From the IMG/VR virus record IMGVR_UViG_3300028835_001893: a stretch of DNA of 64,000 nt. The stretch is one strand, 5' to 3'. Position numbers and translations under genes: made by a program. Source of the stretch: an uncultured virus (IMG/VR IMGVR_UViG_3300028835_001893). Its lineage: Duplodnaviria > Heunggongvirae > Uroviricota > Caudoviricetes. The notes below the pieces were generated by a model. That model was not told the DNA's origin. It searched no databases and saw only the letters and a list, made by a program, of their open reading frames with translations. Shown in pieces: positions 46,833 through 54,376 of this stretch; the stretch's first letter is position 1; each line of letters starts with the position of its first letter.

Positions 46833-48332
46833 ATGGCTAAAATAAACGGAATTGTGAGAGACAAAAACGGAGATCCTATAGTAGGTGTCCAATGTAATAT
46901 TGACGTTTATTATAAGGACAACCGGAATGTGCGAATTGTAAGTAGTACATCAAGTGTTGTTGATGGTAGTTGGGAAATTGATTTACCTGGTTTCTCTTAT
47001 GGAAATAAAGTTATTGTTTTGTATTCCTATGAAGGAAATTACGGTGGAGATATTGATATTGCTGGTGCTGAGTTCTTATCTGCTTATGTAACTACAACAA
47101 GTACTTCATCGACAAGTACAACTACTTCTACAAGTACGAGTACATCTACTAGTACCTCAACTTCAACTAGTACTACTTCAACATCGACTTCGACTTCTAC
47201 TAGTACAAGTACGTCAACCAGTACAAGTACTTCTGCAAGTACTACTATATCAACAACTACTGCTGGTTTAGAAAGCTTTACTTCATGGACTTGGGGAAGA
47301 AATGATTATGGAGAGATTGACCATGGAGATATTACTCCCAGATCTAGTCCTACACAAGTAGGAGCACTTACAGATTGGAACATACTTTCTGCTGGTTGGA
47401 ATTGCTGTCATGCTGTAAAAACTGACAGAACTTTATGGGCTTGGGGAGAGAATTCTCTTGGAAAACTGGGACTCGGAGATACAGTTCATAGGTCAAGTCC
47501 AGTCCAAGTAGGAGCTCTAACTGATTGGAGTAAAGTTTTTCCTGGAGGTTATCACTCTTCAGCTATAAAAACTAATGGAACGCTATGGACTTGGGGACTT
47601 AATACTTATGGGTGTTTGGGACTCGGAGATACAGTTCATAGGTCAAGTCCAGTTCAAGTAGGAGCTCTAACTAATTGGAGCAAGCTCAGCCTTGGGTTTT
47701 TCCACTCTTTAGCTATAAAAACAAATGGAACTTTGTGGTCTTGGGGAAGAAGTAACCAAGGACAACTTGGTCAAGGTGACGCCACTGACAGGTCAAATCC
47801 AACTCAAGTGGGATCCGACACTAACTGGTCTGAAATTGCTACTGGAAGCTATTATAGTTTAGCAGTAAAAGCAGACGGAACTTTATGGGCTTGGGGATAC
47901 AATACTAATGGAGAACTTGGTCTTGGAGATATAATCCATATATCAAGTCCAGTGCAAGTAGGAGCACTTACAAACTGGAGTAAAGTTTATGCTGGTGCTA
48001 ACTCCTCATATGCTATAAAAACTGACGGAACTTTATGGGCTTGGGGGCTTAATAATTATGGTCAACTAGGTCAAGGTGACATTACGAAACAGTCAAGTCC
48101 AGTACAAGTAGGTGCTTTAACTAACTGGGACAAAATTGCTGCAGGAGAGTACCACGTAATAGCAGTAAAAACAGACAGTACCTTATGGGCTTGGGGACAT
48201 AATATTAATGGAGAACTTGGTCTTGGAGATGTAAACCCTAGATCAAGTCCAGTGCAAGTAGGAGCACTTACAAATTGGAGTGATGTAAGTAGTCGTACTT
48301 ACTTTTCTTCTGCTATACAATCTTTACCTTAA
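46833..48332 (+). CDS. RCC1/BLIP-II-like beta-propeller protein with T/S linker
   Basis: Seven repeats of W.WG.N..G.LG.GD....SSPVQVGALT.W. Confidence 0.88.
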   Translation: MAKINGIVRDKNGDPIVGVQCNIDVYYKDNRNVRIVSSTSSVVDGSWEIDLPGFSYGNKVIVLYSYEGNYGGDIDIAGAEFLSAYVTTTSTSSTSTTTSTSTSTSTSTSTSTSTTSTSTSTSTSTSTSTSTSTSASTTISTTTAGLESFTSWTWGRNDYGEIDHGDITPRSSPTQVGALTDWNILSAGWNCCHAVKTDRTLWAWGENSLGKLGLGDTVHRSSPVQVGALTDWSKVFPGGYHSSAIKTNGTLWTWGLNTYGCLGLGDTVHRSSPVQVGALTNWSKLSLGFFHSLAIKTNGTLWSWGRSNQGQLGQGDATDRSNPTQVGSDTNWSEIATGSYYSLAVKADGTLWAWGYNTNGELGLGDIIHISSPVQVGALTNWSKVYAGANSSYAIKTDGTLWAWGLNNYGQLGQGDITKQSSPVQVGALTNWDKIAAGEYHVIAVKTDSTLWAWGHNINGELGLGDVNPRSSPVQVGALTNWSDVSSRTYFSSAIQSLP

Positions 48333-48402
48333 TAAAACTAGAATACAAATAATATAAGAAGAACAAATATAAAAGAAATTCTGATAATTAGGAGGGTGAA
48401 TT

Positions 48403-49629
48403 ATGAAAATTGGAATCCTTACTCATTTCGGTTCATTTCAAGATGGTTATGCTCTTCATGTTGGTTGGCTTGAAAGGGCAAACCTATTAGACTATTTCAA
48501 ACAAGATTTTGATTTCCTTGTTAATCAAAGGTGTACTTCTGATATTTATCCCCACATCAAGAAAGTTTTAATACAATCTAAAGGTGGACAAAGTTTTCAA
48601 AACAAAGCAAAACATTATGAAGACCAATACAGAGAAATACTTACAGAATATGATGCAATTCTAACTGCAGATTTAATTTATCAACGTCGTGGAGACTTTC
48701 TAGCACAGAACCAAGCTATGCGGAAGGTAGCTCCTGACTTAAAGGCACATTGGTATCATTGGATCCACTCTTCTTGGATAAACCCGCCGAAGAATCTAAA
48801 TTTTCCAGACAGTCTTAGATTTACTCCAATGGAAAAGTCTACGATTGTTTATATGAATAGTTCAGAAAAGGCTGGAGTAGCTAAAATGTATAGCGTCCCA
48901 ATTGAAGATGTAGTTTGTGTTTATAATCCAAAAGATATTAGATCATTTACTGACTTCCATCCATTGTCTTGGGAGATTATAAATAGACTAAAGATTCCAG
49001 AAAAAGATACAGTTCAAATACTTCCTCATTGTAGTACAAGAATGGACGCAAAAGGATTAGACGTTACGATTAAAGCCTTTGCTGCTTTCAAAAGGAACGG
49101 ACTAAAAGTTGCTTTAGTATTCGCAAATGCTAACGCTAGACAAGTTCCTCAAGAACTACTTGTTAAGAAGAATTTCATGACTTCTCAAGGTCTTATAGAA
49201 AACGAAGATTTTCTTTTTACATCGGACTTAAACGAGAATCGGCCTCTACCAAGAAAGGCTGTTTCTGACATATTTAGAGTTTCTAATGTTTTCGTATACG
49301 CAACATATAGTGAGGTTTCTCCCAACGCTTTAATGGAAGCTAAAATAAGTGGAAATTTATTAGTACTAAGCAATAGACTACCTTCTTTAGCTGAGTTTGG
49401 CGGTCCAAGTGCAATTTACTTTGATGCTTCATTTAGGACTCCAGGTGTTCCAAGTGGAGAAGAAGGTGATTTACAAACAGTTACATATCATAATGAAACT
49501 AGTTATTTTGATGAACTAACAAAAAGGATTGTTAGTCAGCTTCCAAGCAGAAAGCATCTGTGGGAGTTCTCATACGAACGAATCTGGAATGAACAACTAA
49601 AACCACTACTTTATGGAGAGAAAAAATGA
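48403..49629 (+). CDS. GT4-like (GT-B) glycosyltransferase
   Basis: R...KGLD..IKAF; SNVFVYATYSEVSPNALMEA (E-x7-E); own late promoter motif. Confidence 0.8.
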   Translation: MKIGILTHFGSFQDGYALHVGWLERANLLDYFKQDFDFLVNQRCTSDIYPHIKKVLIQSKGGQSFQNKAKHYEDQYREILTEYDAILTADLIYQRRGDFLAQNQAMRKVAPDLKAHWYHWIHSSWINPPKNLNFPDSLRFTPMEKSTIVYMNSSEKAGVAKMYSVPIEDVVCVYNPKDIRSFTDFHPLSWEIINRLKIPEKDTVQILPHCSTRMDAKGLDVTIKAFAAFKRNGLKVALVFANANARQVPQELLVKKNFMTSQGLIENEDFLFTSDLNENRPLPRKAVSDIFRVSNVFVYATYSEVSPNALMEAKISGNLLVLSNRLPSLAEFGGPSAIYFDASFRTPGVPSGEEGDLQTVTYHNETSYFDELTKRIVSQLPSRKHLWEFSYERIWNEQLKPLLYGEKK

Positions 49630-50216
49630 TAGCAGGAATCATGCCCATTTGTAATTTTCCTATGGCTCCCGAATTGGCTGGTAAATTAGCAAAGAGAGTA
49701 AATCATATAAGTCTAAGGTTTGACAGTGGAGTTGGTAACAGAAAAGTATGGGAAGAATGTAAGAAAGCTGTAAAAGAAATATGTCAATCAACTCACTTCT
49801 TTGAAACAGATATTAAGTGGAATAGACATAATTGGAGGAGTGACCTCATAAGGTCACTTGATCATATTAGACCAGAATATGTTCTCTTTATTGACGAAGA
49901 TGAAGAATATGAAGATAATTTTAATGAGGACTTCGAACTATTTAAACTTTCTGAATTTCCAATGATGATGTTTGACTATCGAATGGCAACCGATGACGAA
50001 CGAGAAGTAATGAAATATCCTAAGGCAAGACATTGTAAAGCTTATAAATGGATGCCAGGAATAAAATACCAACCCTACCATGGTTACGCAATACCAGACT
50101 TCCCTGGTGAGCCAAAACCTACCTACCATATAAATAGATACAGAGCAAAAACTAGAATCAAACACTACTGTTTCTATACAAAAGAGATGGAAGAAACTAA
50201 AGCTCTCCATAAGTAA
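49626..50216 (+). CDS. GT2-like (GT-A) glycosyltransferase
   Basis: RSDLIR...PEYVLFIDEDE (DxD motif); coupled to the GT4 gene. Confidence 0.6.
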   Translation: MIAGIMPICNFPMAPELAGKLAKRVNHISLRFDSGVGNRKVWEECKKAVKEICQSTHFFETDIKWNRHNWRSDLIRSLDHIRPEYVLFIDEDEEYEDNFNEDFELFKLSEFPMMMFDYRMATDDEREVMKYPKARHCKAYKWMPGIKYQPYHGYAIPDFPGEPKPTYHINRYRAKTRIKHYCFYTKEMEETKALHK

Positions 50217-50375
50217 AGAAACGTTCCAAGGTAAAAATGGTTTGCTAAAGAACTTCGAAGCTAAGTTTTATATTTTTGAAGAAACAAAAAATGACTGGAA
50301 AAATTATAGTCATGATATTCCAGAACCAAAGATAACAGAAGCACTCTTTTTATAAACTAGATCGAAGGACTTAAA

Positions 50376-50573
50376 ATGTCTTGGAAAAATTTTACATGTA
50401 GTTCTAACTGCAAAGATCCCGAAAATAGAAAAAAGAAAAACTGTGTTTGCGGTGGTCACAACTGGAAGAACTTTAAACGAAACTTAAATTGTAACTCTAC
50501 AAGGAACAGATTAAACATTAAGAAAGAACGTCAGTTTAGAAGAGAACAAGAGACAGTGCTTCAGAACTTATGA
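50376..50573 (+). CDS. Small basic Cys-containing protein
   Basis: AAGGA RBS; C...C...CVCGG; Arg/Lys-rich tail. Confidence 0.5.
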   Translation: MSWKNFTCSSNCKDPENRKKKNCVCGGHNWKNFKRNLNCNSTRNRLNIKKERQFRREQETVLQNL

Positions 50574-50736
50574 ATGAACAAAAAAATTCTGAGTAAAAAA
50601 TGGGGAGACGAGAATCTTCCCATTTTGTCGTTGGTAATCTACCTTCTACATTTATATTTGCTATCCACAATTGGGACAACTATCATGCAGAAGATAATAC
50701 CCAATGTACAGAATACAACTTCCATTGTTCTCCTCC

Positions 50737-50964
50737 CTAGTCGAAGACTAATAATGTTACTTTTCCAACCATGGGATTCTCGGTTGAGTTAATACAATCG
50801 AGATTTATGTTATGTTGTTCCGCCCATACCATCATAGCGTGGACCATACCGTTTCCACCAATTTCTGAGTAGTTATCCTTTTCATAAAGGTCCTTAATCT
50901 CTTCTTTCCTGGAAACGATCTCTTCCACAACTGTTCTTTGTTCTTTTGTCAGTTTTGATTTCAT
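50737..50964 (-). CDS. Hypothetical early protein
   Basis: GGGAGG RBS, downstream of early motif 51017-51029. Confidence 0.65.
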   Translation of the reverse strand: MKSKLTKEQRTVVEEIVSRKEEIKDLYEKDNYSEIGGNGMVHAMMVWAEQHNINLDCINSTENPMVGKVTLLVFD

Positions 50965-51091
50965 CTATCCCTCCCAATTAAAAAGTTAAAATAATCATAT
51001 ACTAGTCTTCCACTAATTAATATATATAGTCACTAACTTTTATATGTTATAATTTTAACAAAAAAATAAGGGAACTTCTTCCCTTATTTTT

Positions 51092-51346
51092 CTAATACGG
51101 ACTCCTCGCCATAACTTCAATCACTGCGTCAATCACTGCAGTTATAAACTCAAGTCCAGCTCCTTTGGTTGGTATCGGGATCTCAACCCCTCTACTTAGA
51201 CTTTGACTTACTTTAGGACCTTTTCTATATGCCTGAATCCTTAGACTTGGAGTACTAACAAATTCTGGACTTAAACATGTAATTCTTATATTCTCAACAT
51301 CCCAGTATAGTTGTCCATGTTTATCTGTGCTTTTAGGTATAGGCAT
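51092..51346 (-). CDS. Hypothetical protein
   Basis: AAGGAG RBS; followed by a terminator hairpin at 51061-51091. Confidence 0.65.
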   Translation of the reverse strand: MPIPKSTDKHGQLYWDVENIRITCLSPEFVSTPSLRIQAYRKGPKVSQSLSRGVEIPIPTKGAGLEFITAVIDAVIEVMARSPY

Positions 51347-51410
51347 TCTAATCGTCTCCTTTCTAATTGTTAAAAAAATAGGAACCTAAGTTCCTATTTT
51401 CTTGGTATCT

Positions 51411-51542
51411 TTACATACCAAATACTGAGGTGAGAAGTTTTATCGGGCATTCTCCATGTATCCAAGCTATCCCGATTAGTGCACATCCGAACATCACAGC
51501 AATTATTACTTCTGCTCTGTACCTTCGAATTATTCTTCTCAT
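51411..51542 (-). CDS. 43-aa membrane peptide (not in the ORF track)
   Basis: AAGGAGGTG RBS; MRRIIRRYRAEVIIAVMFGCALIGIAWIHGECPIKLLTSVFGM; downstream of early motif 51586. Confidence 0.6.
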   Translation of the reverse strand: MRRIIRRYRAEVIIAVMFGCALIGIAWIHGECPIKLLTSVFGM

Positions 51543-51690
51543 GATTTTCACCTCCTTAAAAAAACAGTTACCTTCTATCTACCAATTAATATATATAGTT
51601 AGAACATATTATAAATGCTCATTGCACTATAAACCCAATGGACTTTAAGCTTAAACAAGGTCGTAGTCCAAGACCTTAGGAGGATGTATC

Positions 51691-52548
51691 ATGGTGTATA
51701 ACGATAATTTTGTAGTCGTTGTAAAATGCGACGGAAAAATCCTTCGTGAGAGGGATGGGGCAGTAATCCTACCTTTTGGAAGTCATTATTCACTTCAACT
51801 AAAAAATCTAGAACCTAGAAAAGCCAATATTAAAGTTAGCGTTGACGGACAAGATGTTCTAGGGAGTTCGTCTCTTATTATGCAATCAAATTCTGACTTC
51901 GAGTTACAAGGTTTTCTAGAGGGTATGACAGTTAGAAATAAGTTTAAGTTTATCCAGAAAACAAAAGAAATCCAAGAACATAGAGGCGATAGAATTGATG
52001 ATGGTATTGTCAGAGTTGAGTTTGCTTTTGAAAAACAAGTAATTCGAAGAAGTGTAATTCATGACCATCATGATGTTTATCATCACCGTGACGTCTATCA
52101 TCACTATCCTCCTTACAGACCTTATTGGCCTCATTGGCCTTACCCGCCTTGTGAGCCACATTTTACTTCGGGTTCTTTTACTTATAGTGATGACGTAAGC
52201 AAAGGATTTACTAATGATGACGGAAGTCAAGGAATTGGAGAAGAAGTTAGTTGTTATAACTCAAATGTAAGATCAATAAGTTCTCCTGCAGACAAGTTGT
52301 TTGAACCTTCGGAAGATGAGGGAATTACAGTAAAAGGAGAAGAAACAAGACAAGATTTTATTTATGGGTCAATAGGAGAACTTGAACCCTCTAAAGTAAT
52401 AACCATTTTACTAAGAGGAACAAAAAGTAATAGTACCATTGTTTCAGAACCAGTCACTGTAAAAACAAAACTAACTTGTCCTACATGTGGGAAAAGGTCA
52501 GTTTCTAGTTCTAAGTTCTGTTCCGGTTGTGGAACATTCTTAGAGTAA
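51691..52548 (+). CDS. Conserved hypothetical protein with C-terminal zinc ribbon
   Basis: LPFGS.YS..LKN, V.VDGQDV, DGIVRVEF.FE, His/Pro-rich linker and CPTCG...FCSGCG. Confidence 0.8.
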   Translation: MVYNDNFVVVVKCDGKILRERDGAVILPFGSHYSLQLKNLEPRKANIKVSVDGQDVLGSSSLIMQSNSDFELQGFLEGMTVRNKFKFIQKTKEIQEHRGDRIDDGIVRVEFAFEKQVIRRSVIHDHHDVYHHRDVYHHYPPYRPYWPHWPYPPCEPHFTSGSFTYSDDVSKGFTNDDGSQGIGEEVSCYNSNVRSISSPADKLFEPSEDEGITVKGEETRQDFIYGSIGELEPSKVITILLRGTKSNSTIVSEPVTVKTKLTCPTCGKRSVSSSKFCSGCGTFLE

Positions 52549-52573
52549 ACAAAAAAAGTGTAATGAGTATTTA

Positions 52574-52604
52574 CAGGGATAACATCATAAAGATGTTATC
52601 CCTG
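52574..52604. terminator. 13-bp perfect hairpin between convergent genes
   Basis: CAGGGATAACATC-ATAAA-GATGTTATCCCTG. Confidence 0.7.
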
Positions 52605-52607
52605 GAA

Positions 52608-52985
52608 TTAATGAATTGAACCTTTGTTCTTCGCACGGATCATTTCGAGTTCACTTATAAACGAGTCAAGTTCGGAGAGTAATATCTCTTTTGGAAAAAT
52701 ATCCCAAGCAAATGAGAACACGTCAATAACTTTCATGATTCTCACAAACTTCTCCTTCTCGGTACCACATATCTTGTCCAAAGGACATTCAGGACAAACA
52801 CGTTTATGAATAATACAAAACGGAACAATCAACCCGGAAGAATCTAGTACAGGCCCAAAGTCTTCCTCAGAGTTTACAGCTTCTGAGAATTTTCTAATCC
52901 TAGTCCACTTCTCAATAGTTAAATCAAAAGCGTCTTCCTTTTCAAACCTTTTTTTCATTTCTTCTATAAGTAATAATTCAGTCAT
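52608..52985 (-). CDS. Cys-cluster hypothetical protein
   Basis: FC.....CPECPL..IC; RBS present. Confidence 0.65.
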   Translation of the reverse strand: MTELLLIEEMKKRFEKEDAFDLTIEKWTRIRKFSEAVNSEEDFGPVLDSSGLIVPFCIIHKRVCPECPLDKICGTEKEKFVRIMKVIDVFSFAWDIFPKEILLSELDSFISELEMIRAKNKGSIH

Positions 52986-53101
52986 TTAGGTCTCCCTCTT
53001 AAAGTTTTAAGGTTCTTTACTAAAAAATTGGTAGTAAATCTTATCGTCTAAGGGGCCGAAATTCTTAAGACGATAAACTACCAATTTTTGTTTTGTACCG
53101 G

Positions 53102-53461
53102 TTATACAGCTTCCTTAATCGCAGCGAGTTCTTCCTTGATCTGGTTAAGTTCGGAACGAAGTGGAATTTCTTTTGCGGCCCTTCTATACATAATGACCGC
53201 TCTTAAACCCCAGAAGACATAACCACCAACAATGAATGATATAGAAAGTGTCATACGTCTCCAAATCTCTGACTGATTCCAAACCCGCTGAAGAACTCCA
53301 TCGGCGAGACCAAGAGCTGTAAGAAGATAATAGATACCTACTACGACACAGAATATCGTAGCGAATCTAAGGAAAGTTATAGATATGACCACTCTGCGTA
53401 CTCTGTTGAGTACTCTGTTGGCTATTTTGAATATTCTTTCCATAATAGTTTCCTCCATCAA
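53102..53461 (-). CDS. Membrane protein
   Basis: Two TM helices; downstream of early motif 53488. Confidence 0.65.
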   Translation of the reverse strand: MMEETIMERIFKIANRVLNRVRRVVISITFLRFATIFCVVVGIYYLLTALGLADGVLQRVWNQSEIWRRMTLSISFIVGGYVFWGLRAVIMYRRAAKEIPLRSELNQIKEELAAIKEAV

Positions 53462-53598
53462 AGATTAACAAGGCCCCTCTCTACTATTTAATATATATAG
53501 AAAACTTACTTAATATATAACAAACTAACATGTTCTGAACTTAAGAACAAAATATAAAGTTTATCATTCAACTATCTCTTCACTAAGGAATCTTAAAT

Positions 53599-54264
53599 AT
53601 GAAAAAGAAAGTAGAAGACATTTTAATCCAAATAGAAGAAAAATATGGTGACCAATGTCTTTCTGATTCTCAAGGAAAGTCATCAGGTGGTGTTAGAAGA
53701 CCACAAGGACATGTAGAAATTTATGAAATAGATAACGAAGGGGTAAAACAATTAATTAGAAAGAGTAACTTAGTCGTTTATGAGGGAAGAGAGTTAATAA
53801 CTCAGAAAATTTTTGACTTAGAAAATACGCATGTTGATACAGATAAAGATGAGTTTCTTTACTGGTTTGGGTTAGGAAGTGGGGGCGTAAATCCAGCTGA
53901 TCCATTTGACCCAATTCCACCAGTAAATAGTGATACTGACTTATATGAGGAAATTCCGATAAGTGCTACAGACACAACTTGTGCCGATTTTCATGATGGA
54001 GCTTATTATAAACATCCATTCGATAGTGTTGTGTTTGAACAGGATTCAGATAATGATGGGAAATACTTGATAGCAAAAGTTATAACTACAATTGATACAG
54101 ATGACGCCAATGATGAGGAGGTAAATGAAGCAGGACTTTTCTCCAACTTAAGTAATGCAGGAGGTGCTCTTGTACCGTTCCACTTATTTGCTCGAGTTAC
54201 ATTCCCCACGATCTTGAAGACTAATCTAAGGAGACTTACTTTTGTTTGGTATCTTTATTTCTAA
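53599..54264 (+). CDS. Myovirus baseplate/tail structural protein
   Basis: GHVEIYE...NLVVY.GRE, GLGSGG, NEAGLF and LFARVTFPTI.K...L.FVWYLYF. Confidence 0.7.
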   Translation: MKKKVEDILIQIEEKYGDQCLSDSQGKSSGGVRRPQGHVEIYEIDNEGVKQLIRKSNLVVYEGRELITQKIFDLENTHVDTDKDEFLYWFGLGSGGVNPADPFDPIPPVNSDTDLYEEIPISATDTTCADFHDGAYYKHPFDSVVFEQDSDNDGKYLIAKVITTIDTDDANDEEVNEAGLFSNLSNAGGALVPFHLFARVTFPTILKTNLRRLTFVWYLYF

Positions 54265-54376
54265 ATTTTTGAGATACAAGAAAAAAAAAGGATTTTAAAA
54301 AAATAGACTCCAACTGAAAGGTAATTTGTATTTAGAGAAACTATAACTTAGAAAAAACCATTTGGAGGAATAGAAG

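Noticed and set aside
47280..48330. Near-identical nucleotide repeats in the RCC1-like gene as a DGR template/variable pair
   Set aside because: The repeats are in-frame propeller blades, the differences are not visibly adenine-specific, and no reverse transcriptase is in the window.
17451..53063. AAGGGGYCGAAATT at 17451-17464 and 53050-53063
   Set aside because: Only two copies in different contexts; not enough to call a regulatory site.
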